Assembly (NCBI GenBank): GCA_000388065.2
Contig: KB932204.1
Reading direction: 5' to 3' (one strand)
DNA length: 64,000 bases
From: Fonticula alba ATCC 38817
Lineage: Eukaryota; Protista; Nucleariida
In this document: positions 12,767 to 23,820 of the stretch, one piece after another
Layout: each line of letters begins with the position of its first letter
Numbering within the stretch: the stretch's first letter is position 1
The notes under the pieces: generated by a model
What the model was told of the DNA's origin: nothing
The model's database searches: none
Seen by the model: only the letters and a program-made list of their open reading frames with translations
Program-made: the position numbers and the translations under genes

Positions 12767-15700
12767 TGTGCCCAGAGATGGCAGGCGGCACCGAGGGATG
12801 ACAGACTCGGCACGTACCCGGGCGCAGGAGGGCATCGTCAATGAGATCCGGGCGGCAGGTGAGACCAATGACGAGGACTTTGCCCTGGTGGCCACGGTCC
12901 GGGTGGCGGCCGAGGAGATCCTGCGACCCGAGCCCATCGAGCTCGGTCAGCAGCTGGGCCACCAGCCGGGACCGGGTGCTGGCCAGGGCATCCCCGGCGT
13001 CCGCGCTGCCGGGTCCCATGCCAGCTCGGCGCCGGCCGATGGCGTCCAGCGCATCGATCACCAAGATGGACAGGGGATGCGCTTGGCGGAGTCGGCGAAA
13101 GGAAGCCCGACAGTTGGCTTCCGTCTGTCCGACATAGGGCGAGAGCCAGTCGGACCTGCGGCCACCCGGCGGAGATCAGCCATGTGAATGGGCGTCGAGA
13201 AGGGCGAGAGAAGCAGGAGGACAGGCGAGATGCAGGCGCCGAGTGGAGAAAGGAAGAGGCGAGGGGGATACGTACACCTTGACATAGGCGACCGGTAGGG
13301 CGGCGGATTCGACCATTTCCCGGACCATCTGCACGGCGGGGAGGGGGGGGGGGGGGGGAGGAAAAGGGAGATGGGTTAGCACGGGAAGGCCACGAGGGGC
13401 CCGGGAGGACCAAAGGCAGGGTCGCACATGGCTCTTGCCGCAGCCTGGCGGGCCGAAGAGCAGCAGGCCGGAAGTCGGCCGCGCGGCTTGGGCAAGCCCC
13501 TCGGCGCCGGAGCCCCCCTCGGGGCCGGGCGCCGGCGAGGCAAACATCTGGATCAGCTGGCTCAGGCGCCGGCGCTCGGCATGGAAGCCGGCCCCGGGGG
13601 TGGCGGCCGAGGGGCCCCGGGCGGCTGGCTGCAGTGCCCCCTGCTGGAGGAGGTCTTCGGTGGCGGCCACCAGGGCGGCCACCGTGGTGAGGCCGTGCGG
13701 CTGGCCAGCACGACTGGCCAGCTCACGCAACAGCTGCCGGGCCATGTGCGCCAGGGCATGCCACTCGGGGGAGCCGGGGCCCGGCGGCGCGGGATGCCGG
13801 GCGCCGAAGGTGGCCACCGCATCCGACAGCCGGCCGAGGAACAGGTGTGCCGGGCGCCAGCCAAGCTCGGCAGCCGCCGCGGCCCCGGCCAGGTCCTTGG
13901 TGAGGATGGCCACATCGGGCGCCAGGCCCGGTGCCCGGGACAGGGCTGCCACCGGGCCCGGGCAGCGGAGCAGCCAGCTGGCCAACACGGGCCTGAAGAA
14001 GGGGAGCGAAGGGGGCCGGCACGTCAGCGCGGGGGAGGAGGGGGGGAGGAGGAGTGGGCGGGCCTGGTCAAAGGGAAGAAAGAAGGAGAAGACATACGCG
14101 CGGGGCTTCGGGACGTTGATGACGAAGCGGCGGAGGCCCCGGGGGAGGGCATCACACGTGTCATCCGTGGAGGTGGCCAGAATCAGGACCAAGCCCGGGG
14201 GCCGGGAGGCGGCGGGCGCGTCGGCCGTGGGGGCATCCGTGTCCTCGGGACCCTGGGCGACACTCGGAGAGGAGGCCGGCCACAGGGGCATTGGGAGGGC
14301 CTCGGTCGGAGGCGCGGCGCCCGGGCGGGCCACCGCGGCCGAAGCGGGCCCCGAGGCCTGGGTCTCGGGCCGGGCGCCGGTTGCCAGGAATTGATCGAGC
14401 AGCCGGAGGGCCCCGGCCGGCAGGAGGTGCGCGTCATCAAGGAGGATGAGCGCCGGGGCGGCGGTCCGCGCGGCCCGGAGGACCCGGAGAACGCACGACG
14501 GCGAGGCGGTCAGGGCATTGAGCAGAAAGGCGGCGGCGGGAGGCTTCTCCGGGGCGGGGGCGTCGGCATCGGCGCCGGCTGGGGCACCGAAGGCCTGGCC
14601 ACGGAGGATTGCCTGGCCGGCCGGGGTGCTGAGCACGCGCCGAGCGGCCTGGCCAAGGGCCACCGAGCGGCCGGCATCGGTCGGGCCGCAGAGGTTGACG
14701 CAGGCGACCAGCGGCGCGGTGTCGGGCGAGGTGCGCTCGCGCAATGCATGGACATACGCCCTGGCGGTGGCGGCCAGCACACAGGCCATGTCCGTGCGAG
14801 GGACGACCCCGGCCGATGCGCCCGGCGGGCTGGCCCCCGGCGAGCCGGAGGCCCAGGCAAAGTCCCCGACGACCGGGGACATGGCATACGTGGCCGGGGT
14901 CCAGGTGACCCGCGGCCCGGAGGCGTAGAGCTCCAAGAGGCGGTCGCGGCGGCGGCGGCGGCGGCGGCGACGGCGGCGACGGTGATGGATGAGCTGCTGG
15001 CCCGGATCGAGCGAGGGGTCGACCGGGTCCTCCTCCTCAAGTGTGTCCAGCTCGTCGAGGAGATCGGCCTCAAGCGGGTCATCGGCGTCCTCGACGCCGA
15101 GGGCATCGTCATCATCGTCATCCTCCGTCTCGGCCTCCGGCGCGTCAGCCCGGTTGTGGCTGCCGTCGTGGGCCGGTGGCAGCTCCTCGGGCGGGTGCTC
15201 GGGCGTGTCGCCCTCGGCGTGATCCTCTTGCAGGGTGAGGGCGGCCAGTTCGTCGGTCAGCTGGGCGATGGACCGGCCGGGGCGCTTCTCGGCCCCGAGG
15301 CGCACGAGCCAATCGCCGGTGTGGAAGTCCGGCCCGGGCTGCGCCAGGCCCTCCCAGTCGGCGCCGAAGAGGAAGAGAGCCCGGCTGTCCGGGACCGAGA
15401 GATCGGCCGCCACCGCGGCCGATCGGCCCCGACCGGCGGAGCCCGGGACCAAGTCGTCGGCCCGCACGGCCAGCAGGCTGCCCGGGCCGATGCAGACCGG
15501 CCGGTGGCTGAGCGCCACGCGGAGCTGGGCGCGCTGGGCCTGAGTCCAGGAGCCGGCGCCGGTGGCCTGGCGGGAAAAGACCCCGGTCTCGAAGGGGCCC
15601 AGGAGCTGGGGATTCCCGGCGTCCTGGCGGAGCCAGAGCCCGGGCAGCTGAGCGCCGGCGGTCTCGGGGGCCGGCCCGTCGGTGGCCGGCTCCCGGAAGG

Positions 15701-16184
15701 TGTGGTCAAACACCTGGGAGGCGGGGTAGAGGCGGATTTGGACCGGGGCACCGTGGGCCAGGCCGGCCCGGGCGAAAGGCCACTCCGGCAAGAGGACCGG
15801 GCAGTGGGAGGGGGGGCCATGGGCCAGGGCGACCGGGCTGCGGGGACAGGCCCGCACGCGGAAGAGCGATCGGGTCCCGGCCCCGGGCCACAGCACCACG
15901 GCCACCAGCATGGGCAGGTCCACCGGGCCCGGGGTGGCGGCCAAAGGGTCTGCTGGGGCGGCGCCGCTGTCGTCGCCGGCGGCGGCCAGGGCCGCCTCGA
16001 GCACCGGCAGCAGGGACTCCGGCAGCAGGCGAGCCGGCAAGGCAGCCAACGGCAGGAGGCAGGTGTCGACCGCGGCCCCGAGGCACCAGCTGGCGTCCCA
16101 GACCGCCGTGCCCGAGAGAACGCATTCCGGGTAGCTGGTGGGCCCGGCGGCCGGCCCGTGGTCGGGGGCGCCGGTCTGGGGCAT
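11836..16184 (-). CDS. Double-domain AAA+ ATPase (CDC48/AFG2 superfamily; closest remembered pattern SPATA5L1/AFG2B), 6 exons, ~1213 aa
   Basis: Exons 16184-14098, 13992-13428, 13328-13276, 13155-12818, 12582-12300, 12151-11836 (3642 nt, in frame). D2: [84 protein letters not shown], lid GWTTGDVVLLVRNAARMAIRE. Degenerate D1: GPTDAGRS and LILLDD. Subfamily call tentative. Confidence 0.85.
12694..12767. repeat. (TGCG)n tetranucleotide microsatellite, intronic
   Basis: About 18 units read directly, inside AAA ATPase intron 12583-12817. Confidence 0.93.
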
Positions 16185-16601
16185 GCGGCAAGGGAGAACG
16201 AGCGAGAGGGGAAGGGACGCGCGGGGGGGGGGGGGGGGGGGTGGCGGCAAAAAAAAAACAGGAGGCGGAGGAGGGGGAGCTGGCTCTTCTGGGTTCTCGC
16301 CCGGCCGGGACCCGTGGGAGGTGGCGGGCCGAAAAGGCGCGGGACAAGCGACTCGACGAGAGGGGAGGCACACGCGGGGGGTGCCGGCCGTGTGTGACTC
16401 TCTCACGGCCTCTTCCCTCCCGGGGGGGCGGGGAGGGGGATGCGGTGAGCCCGTCACACGGTGGGCCGATCTGCGGTGCGGGGGAAGAACGGCGCCCCCC
16501 GGGACAAGGGGCCCCGCGCGCGCACGCGCGGTTGGAGCGAGATCCCTACTATCGGGGTCGGCCAACTCGCGGGCGCGCGTCGCAAAAAAGGAAGAGCGGT
16601 A

Positions 16602-16674
16602 AGCCCACTGTGGGGCTCGAACCCACGACCCTGGGATTAAGAGTCCCATGCTCTACCAACTGAGCTAAACAGGC
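16602..16674 (-). tRNA. tRNA-Lys-CTT: tRNA-Lys(CUU)
   Basis: Reverse complement GCCTGTTTAGCTCAGTTGGTAGAGCATGGGACTCTTAATCCCAGGGTCGTGGGTTCGAGCCCCACAGTGGGCT; cloverleaf with anticodon arm TGGGA-CT[CTT]AA-TCCCA; A and B boxes; downstream T6. Confidence 0.97.
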
Positions 16675-17263
16675 CAACGCTTGGGGACCGAGTGTGATCA
16701 GGGAAAATATGTGACTTCCGAAATGCCCTGCTCTGACACGTGAACCGGCGGCACCCGCGGAGATGATGCTCAGCCTCCGGGAAAGGAGTATATGGGCCAG
16801 CCGGCGGGCGTCCCGACGTCAAGAACAACGCGGGCCAGGGGCCGTGTTGATCCCCCCCCCCCCCCACCCAGAGGAAGACACCTATCGAGGGCTGGGCGGC
16901 ACCCTTTTTCTGGGGGGGCGGAAATGCCGTCCGCCTCGGGACAAAGGCCCCGGTGGTGGGCAACACGGGCACCAGGAAGCGAATGGCAGCCATTCCAGGC
17001 GCGAGCGACCGCTGCAGAGGCAGGGACACAGCCAGACCATGGTGCACACGGAGGGGGAGGGGGGCGACATCCCCGGGCGTGGAGAGGACAATGGGCAGGG
17101 CAAAAGACCAAGGGAGGCGAAAGGGGAGGAAGAACATGGCGCGGTCGCCTCGGGGCTGGTTCTGGAGCAGTCGTGTGACGTCCACCGGTCAGAGTGCACG
17201 TTGGTCGGTGTTTGGCGGAAATTTGAGATAAATCCCCCGCATGTGCCAGTGCTTGGCAGAGAT

Positions 17264-17335
17264 GTGGATATCGTATAGTGGTTAGTATAAGTGGTTGTGG
17301 CCCACTCGGCCCCAGTTCGATTCTGGGTATCCACA
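17264..17335 (+). tRNA. tRNA-His-GTG: tRNA-His(GUG)
   Basis: Acceptor GTGGATA/TATCCAC+A; anticodon arm AGTGG-TT[GTG]GC-CCACT; T-loop TTCGATT; T5 terminator; G-1 not encoded (base -1 is T). Confidence 0.95.
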
Positions 17336-18753
17336 CTTTTTGCCGCTCCTGGGCTCGGTGTGCGTGCGAACCCGGGGCGCGCGCGTCGTGGGAGCCACGC
17401 CTGGACTCAGGGCCGGAACGAGGGGGGGCGGCCGCACGGGCGCGGCCCGACATCGACCGTCGCGGGCTGCCAACGACAGGAAGCCGTGAGGGCAAGCCGC
17501 GGGCCTCGTCCGGGCCGGGGCCAGCGACCAAAAAACCATCGAGATCTGGCCGAGAGAGGCCCGGAGGAACTGAGCGCGCCAATCGGGGCCGAAAGAGAAG
17601 GCGCGCGGGCGGGCCGCGCGAGAGGGGGTGGCGCAGAGAATGGGCGCGGCGTATTCATGTGGCTTTGCGAGGTGTGGCCCGAGGGCAAGGCCCACGGCGG
17701 GACGCGGATGCCAGCGAATGAGCCTCCTCGAGGGGTCCGAGCGTTGGTCCTTTTTGGGGCGGACTTGCCGCCGGCTCCAGGCCGTTCGGCGCCATCAGAA
17801 CCCGGACCGCTGAGGCAGGGGTCTCACGGATCCGGTCGCACGCCCGAGGAGGGATGCCTTGGTGGAGGGCATACTGGAAATCCGGCCGTAAGCATACTCC
17901 GGGCAGGGAAGGGGAACGAGCCGGACCAGGGCATGTAACCCGGCTAAGGGAGCTTCTGGCAACTTGGGCTGGGGCGTGCGAGAAAGCGAGCGGGGAATAT
18001 ATGACAATATAAATTCGGGAGGAAGCCTTAGAACGGCCATGTGCAGGTCGGACTCAGGTGTTTTGGGAAGCTCTCCTGAAAGGGGGTGCTTTGGCCTTCG
18101 GTCCCTGGTCAAGGGGCCGGCCGGGGGATGCCACCCCTGCGCCCATCTCCCAGCACCGGCTTTGGGCTCCTCCGGAACTGACGACGCCCTGCAGCCGACC
18201 CACCGAAGCTCCCCGAAAGAATGCCATTCACAAATAACAAAAGTTGATCTAGAGGCTGGAAAGTGCCCATTGTAACTCAGCGAGCGATTTAGTTTATCGA
18301 ATTTGGGGGGGTTCGGTTGCCGGCGCGGCACTCAGCGGCACGACCATTGCTGGCCCGCGCGCCAGCGCCACGGTCGCCCGGAGCGATGGCCGCCTGGGTC
18401 TTCTCCCCTGCCCCTGCCCGTGGATGGGGCCAATGCAATGGGCCGGTGTGCGACCTCGGCACCTTGCGAGCCGGCATCCCTCGCGGCCGGGCATCGGCCC
18501 GTCTCCTGCGCCGTGCCTGGCATTCGTCCAGGCAGGCCAGGCTGGTGCCTGTGTGTCTGAAGACCCTGACCTGGGGTCCTGCGCTACGGCGGCGAAAGAG
18601 GGCCTGCCTGCTTGCTGGTTGTGTTCCCTTTTCTCCCCGGTCCGGGGCCGGGAAATGGGCCTCCCGGGGAGGAGCGTGCCACGCCTCGGGGCCAGCTTCG
18701 CCAAGGCGACATGCCTCAAGTAGCCGGGAGTATGATGGACTTTCCTCCTTCGG

Positions 18754-18824
18754 GCGTCGATGGTTTAGTGGTAGAATTGCCGCCTGCCACGCGGTAGACC
18801 CGGGTTCGATTCCCGGTCGACGCA
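18754..18824 (+). tRNA. tRNA-Gly-GCC: tRNA-Gly(GCC)
   Basis: Acceptor GCGTCGA/TCGACGC+A; anticodon CT[GCC]AC; GGTTCGATTCC B box; T6 terminator. Confidence 0.97.
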
Positions 18825-20261
18825 TCTTTTTTGGCCCGCGGCTCGAAGAGCGGGGCACCGGCCCCCCACCAAAACCCGGACAAAGAGGCCGCAGCACCGG
18901 CGCGAGTCCCCATGCGCCTCCGGATGAGTGGGCCACCTATGGAAGGGGCCCGGGGTAAATCCCCGCGAGGACGGTCACCCATCGGGTGCCAGATGGCAAG
19001 TGGCCGAGGGGGCGAGGTCCGTTGGGGGGGGGACGGAGAGCCGGTCGATCGGCAATGCCGGGCCGCTTTCGACCGCGTCCGTGCCATTCTTGCTTGGAAG
19101 GTCGAGGTGGGTGGGATGCAAGGGGGCCATCAGGCACCGGGGCCCGGGCACATATGCCTGGGAGCGGAGCACCACGTCGGCGAAGGGGAGGTCACTTCCC
19201 GCGATGGAGGCGGCGCGCGCGCGCATCTCTGGCAGCGTGCTCGGCCGGAGACCGAGCCGGCATGGGCGCCGCTCGGACGAGCCCGGGAGCACCTTGCGTA
19301 AGATGGTCAGCCTGGTCCGTGAGGCGGGCAGGGCGGGAGGGCCCGATGGCGAGCGCTCGATTGGAATCAGGCATCATGGGGATGATGTGCACGCGGGCCG
19401 ACCCATGGCAAAGGGGCGCGATTCGCATGCGGCTGCACCTTGTCATCGCGGTGACCAGCCGGATGCGGAGAAATGCACCGGGTATCCACCATGCAACTGG
19501 GGACCACACACATGGCCACAAGTGCCCCTCGGGGGCGAAAGGAACCCGGGGGCGGGCGCGGGAGCACGGAGCGCGGACGGCCTTGACGGGCAACCTGCCA
19601 GATGGATGGGCACGGGGGTGGTGAGTGGTCGCCGGGTGGCGGGTCGGCGGTTGTTCACCGGCAGGCCGATCCGCGGCTCGAAGGAGGGGTCCAGCCGACC
19701 ATCCGCAGCCGCCTCGTTCCCTTTTGCCAGGCGCGGGTGTCAGGGCCGGATGGCGGCCTTACGGGCCGGTCTCGCGCGACTGGGGTTGGATCCGCCGCCG
19801 GAAAGACGCCGGCTGTCGATGCTTCGCCGGGCCGGGGCACGGGCCGCCGGAGTCGCGCCCGCCATGCAAGACTGGGCCATGCGGCGTTGTCCAGATCCGG
19901 GCCTCACGCCCGACCTCATGACGAGGGCTGGCTTCAAGGCATCGGCAGGGGGATCAGTCCGGCGGCGGGCGGCCAGGCCGGGGTGCGGGGAAGGGTCCCG
20001 GCCCCGCTGCCAGCAAATGGCATGATCGTCGTCCAGGATCAAGGGCTCCAAGCAGGCACCGTTGTGCTCCATCGGACAAACGGACCGGAGCGGGTCCCCA
20101 GGAACGACTCGGCAATCCCCATCATGAGGGAGGTACCCCCCTGCATGGATAGCACCGGATTTCATGGAGGCGTCGCGTTCACCCTGCCTGCAGGCTCCTG
20201 ACGATGGGTGGATCCCGTACCACTGGGAAGGATCGTGGGGGATAAGCCCTTTTCGGGGCAC

Positions 20262-20287
20262 AGCAGAGAGAGGGGGAGAGAGGGAGC

Positions 20288-20321
<34 letters not shown>

Positions 20322-20595
20322 GGAGAGAGAGAGAAGGGGAGAGAGAGAAGGAGAGAGAGAGAGCGAGAAGAAACAAGAGAGAGGAGAGAAGAAGAGAGGA
20401 GAGAAGGAGAGAGAGAGAGCGAGAAGAAACAAGAGAGAAGAAACAAGAGAGAGGGAGAGAGAGAGAGAGAGCGAGAGCAAGAGAGCGATAGAATAAACAA
20501 GAGATAGGAGAGAAGGAGAGAGAGAGCGAGAAGAAACAAGAGAGAAGAAATAAGAGAGAGGAGAGAAGAAGAGAGGAGAGAAGGAGAGAGAGGGG
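20262..20595. repeat. ~330 bp polypurine (GA/GAA-rich) compound repeat
   Basis: Almost pure A/G tract; the block GAGAGCGAGAAGAAACAAGAGAGA recurs at about 20359, 20416 and 20523. Confidence 0.9.
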
Positions 20596-20645
20596 AACAC
20601 GCACATGAGGCTGTCCAGCCCTCCCCAGGAGGACAAAAAGTATGG

Positions 20646-20717
20646 TGCTCATTGGGTGGATCGAACACCCGACCTCCAGTTTACTAGACTGGCGCTCTAC
20701 CACTGAGCTAAACGAGC
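20646..20717 (-). tRNA. tRNA-Thr-AGT: tRNA-Thr(AGU)
   Basis: Reverse complement GCTCGTTTAGCTCAGTGGTAGAGCGCCAGTCTAGTAAACTGGAGGTCGGGTGTTCGATCCACCCAATGAGCA; anticodon arm CCAGT-CT[AGT]AA-ACTGG; T5 downstream. Confidence 0.96.
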
Positions 20718-21757
20718 AGAGATGTCTGTCCGCTCTTCCCGAGACAACAAATATCCGCGCGCGGAGCTCCGAGGGGGGGGCACCCTTACGTCGTCCCGGT
20801 GGCCCCGACAAGGGGGCATGCCGGGCCGAGCACGGAGCACAAGAGGAGGGCAGGGACAACCACGTACGCGGGGTGACCGAATGCCGCCGAGGCTCTTACG
20901 AGCGAAGAGCGAGGCGAAGGCAGCCAGCGGGAACCCCCTCAGGGGCCTGGCCGCCGGGTGTTGTCTCTTCTGGAAGAGCGCGCCAGCACCAGGCCGGCGA
21001 CGCCCGGCTGCTCGTCGGATGGGTCTCCGGTCCGTGCTTCGGCAGAATGGCGGCCCGGATGCCCAGCACGAGGCACTCTGGCTCCCGGGCGAGGGCCGAC
21101 ATGGCGGGCCTGACCGTATTGCTCCCTTCCCCGGGACTCTGTTGGCGGCACCGGCCCCATGGCCCAGCACATGTGCGAGTGGGCATGTCTCGGGGAAGCC
21201 TCACCCGGGGCGTTGCAACGCTAACGGGAAGGTCAAATGCGCCCGCCCGCCGGGGGGGAGCCAGCTGGCAAAGATGCCCTTTCGAGGGACAGGGGCGCGT
21301 GGCCCTGAAGCGGAATACTGCCTGAAGAGGCTGTTTGTCCTCCCCCCCCCCCCCCCCCCCCCCCCCCNNNNNNNNNNNNNNNNNNNNNNNNNNNNNNNNN
21401 NNNNNNNNNNNNNNNNNNNNNNNNNNNNNNNNNNNNNNNNNNNNNNNNNNNNNNNNNNNNNNNNNNNNNNNNNNNNNNNNNNNNNNNNNNNNNNNNNNNN
21501 NNNNNNNNNNNNNNNNNNNNNNNNNNNNNNNNNNNNNNNNNNNNNNNNNNNNNNNNNNNNNNNNNNNNNNNNNNNNNNNNNNNNNNNNNNNNNNNNNNNN
21601 NNNNNNNNNNNNNNNNNCCCCCCCCCCCCCCCCCGGCCAGGCCCTTGGAGGTGGTCCGAGTCCTCTGCTGGCTGCCTGTTGCCCGCCAGCCGCAGGAGCT
21701 CCGCGAAATGCCTCCACCGAGCGCAGTCATAAGCTGTTCCGTTGTGCCTGCCACTAT

Positions 21758-21839
21758 ATCACCGTGTCCGAGTGGTTAAGGAGTCCGATTAGAAATCGGA
21801 TGGGCTCTGCCCGCGTAGGTTCAAATCCTGCCGGTGATG
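21758..21839 (+). tRNA. tRNA-Ser-AGA: tRNA-Ser(AGA)
   Basis: Acceptor ATCACCG/CGGTGAT+G; anticodon arm TCCGA-TT[AGA]AA-TCGGA; long variable arm GGGCTCTGCCC; GGTTCAAATCC B box. Confidence 0.95.
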
Positions 21840-22124
21840 CATCTACCCTCTTGCCCGGCTCCCCCGGCGCAGGGCCCCTTTCGAGCCCCGTGTGTTCGCC
21901 ACAAAGCCCGAGACGGCGCCTCCCCTTCCGCCGGGCCCTGTGTTCCCAAGGAAGGGGGCCCATTCGTCGGGCCCTCTAGCCGTGTGCTACCGGGCATCAG
22001 CGGGCCTCCCCCACCGCTTTTTTGCAACTCCCCTCTACCTCTCTTTCTCTCTCTTTCTCTCGGGGGATGCGCTCATTTTGCATGCTCAAAGGTGACAAGC
22101 TGCGCCCCAGGAGGCAAAAAGAAA

Positions 22125-22198
22125 TGGCCCCAGCCAGGATCGAACTGACGACCTTCGCGTTATTAGCACGACGCTCTAACCAACTGAGCTATGGGGCC
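22125..22198 (-). tRNA. tRNA-Ile-AAT: tRNA-Ile(AAU)
   Basis: Reverse complement GGCCCCATAGCTCAGTTGGTTAGAGCGTCGTGCTAATAACGCGAAGGTCGTCAGTTCGATCCTGGCTGGGGCCA; anticodon CT[AAT]AA; T-rich terminator. Confidence 0.96.
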
Positions 22199-22917
22199 GC
22201 GGATGGTGGGAAGGCAGAAAGAGTGACTCAAATCTGAGGCGCCAGGAGGCGTCTCCGACGGTGGGAATACCAGGCAACGCCGCAGGGGACCGGGAAGGGG
22301 GGCAGCGGAACAAAGTGCCCAAGGCCCGGCCCGAGGCGGCGGTCGCGTGTGTTGTGGTCCTGGTGTCGGAGCTGGAGGGAAGAGGAAGATCACATCGCGG
22401 ATTTCCGCGGGGCGCCGGAGCAGGTCGGCTACCAAAGGGCCCGAGACGAGAGGCGCAGGAGGATGCAGGGGGCGCGGCTTCCGGGGATAACGCCTCCCGC
22501 CGGCAGAGCGGGTGGCTTCCAAGCGGGACGGCCTGGGCCAAGGCGGGAGCCGGGGCCCCGAAGGCTTGGGGGTGGGCTCTTCCGGAAGAGGAGCCGGTCG
22601 CACGACGATCTGCGTTCCCGTTCCTGTGGCTGGCGAAGTGCCGCGTGCGGGGGGGGGGGGGGGGGGGGGGGTTTTGGGGAAGGCGGGGTCAAAAGCGGCG
22701 CCAGGTCGAAGGCGGATCTCTCCGCACGGTCGGCGCCGAGAAGCAGAGGCGTGAATGCAAGCAGGATCCAGCACGGGTGGGGGTTAGTTGGCACATGCCC
22801 GTCCGTGGCGCTGGTCATGCAACGAATCACACAGAACTCCCCGGGCGCACTGAGAGGGCAACGCACCCCGGCGCNNNNNNNNNNNNNNNNNNNNNNNNNN
22901 NNNNNNNNNNNNNNNNN

Positions 22918-22973
<56 letters not shown>

Positions 22974-23111
22974 GCGGTCTTTTGGTGCGGCCGGCGATGC
23001 GGGAGCCGCAGTGGCGAGCCGGGGAAGTCCCTGCGATGCCAAAAGTCAGGGGGAGTGTATTCAGCGGCAAACGGGGTTCCATAAAAAGGCTAGACTTCAC
23101 CGATCACCCAT

Positions 23112-23185
23112 GGCCGTGTAGCTCAATTGGATAGAGCACCTGACTACGGATCAGGAGGTTGTGTGTTCGAGCCGCATCATGGTCA
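23112..23185 (+). tRNA. tRNA-Arg-ACG: tRNA-Arg(ACG)
   Basis: Acceptor GGCCGTG/CATGGTC+A; anticodon arm CCTGA-CT[ACG]GA-TCAGG; T5 terminator. Confidence 0.96.
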
Positions 23186-23250
23186 CTTACCTTTTTGATC
23201 CCCGAGGCCGCATGGCGCCAAAAAAGGATGCCCCTCGGACGAAAAATATA

Positions 23251-23323
23251 TTCCCATACCGGGACTCGAACCCGGGTCTCGTGGGTGAGAGCCACGTATC
23301 CTAACCACCTAGACTATATGGGA
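23251..23323 (-). tRNA. tRNA-Glu-CTC: tRNA-Glu(CUC)
   Basis: Reverse complement TCCCATATAGTCTAGGTGGTTAGGATACGTGGCTCTCACCCACGAGACCCGGGTTCGAGTCCCGGTATGGGAA; anticodon arm CGTGG-CT[CTC]AC-CCACG; T5 terminator; convergent with tRNA-Arg. Confidence 0.96.
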
Positions 23324-23670
23324 CGCCTTATTCCAAGACACCCGGGATGGGTATTTATCCCCATGTAACCATAATGTCACCTCCGACATGGCGTCGGAAC
23401 TTCGCTCCGCTCACCTCCTCCGCACCTGCCTCACCTCGCCCTGCTCTGTTTTCCCCCTGCTGCCACATCCCTGCTAGATCTGGTCATGACCTTCACGTGA
23501 TCGTATAGCAACGAGGTCCACTAGTCGACCTGCACTTCCCCGTTGGGGGGTGCTGGCGTCGCCCGAACGGCGACGCCACCCATTCTCTCTCAATTCCCAT
23601 GTATTCCCATGTATTCCCCCTTTTCTGGGCACCCTATATAAGGGGCCCCCGTTCCTGCCTCCCCTCCAAG

Positions 23671-23820
23671 GACTCAGCACCTTGAAGGATAGTCATTCTC
23701 TCTTACGGAGGTTTGATTTCCTATAGTCCTGTCTCCGTACGTCGCTCCCTCTGGAGCGGTGTGACCTAGTCCCTGATGTAATCCCCATAAAGACGCAGAT
23801 CACCAGCTTTCCCTTCTTTT
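23671..23820 (+). ncRNA. Candidate unannotated Pol III small RNA, element A
   Basis: TATATAA at 23635-23641; stems TACGGAG/CTCCGTA (23704-23739) and CGCTCC/GGAGCG (23743-23758); B-box-like GGTTTGATTTCC; TTTT at 23817-23820; 5' and 3' blocks shared with element B. Family not recognised; ends and strand inferred. Confidence 0.35.

Noticed and set aside
13428-16397. 989-aa plus-strand ORF, and similar long antisense ORFs (e.g. 43010-44392, 58026-61082, 59440-63126)
   Set aside because: Shadow frames antisense to real genes, caused by stop-codon scarcity at high GC.
17876-17950. GGAAATCCGG and AACCCGGCT resembling RNase P CR-I/CR-V; GGGCATGTAACCC resembling an SRP Alu motif
   Set aside because: The spacing (~60 nt) is too short for RNase P and P4 pairing fails; no SRP helix-8 CAGG..GNRA..AGCA signature was found.
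23671-23820. Element A as U3 snoRNA or 5S rRNA
   Set aside because: Only partial similarity to U3 box A/B/C, with no box C' or terminal CUGA; 5S conserved segments are absent.
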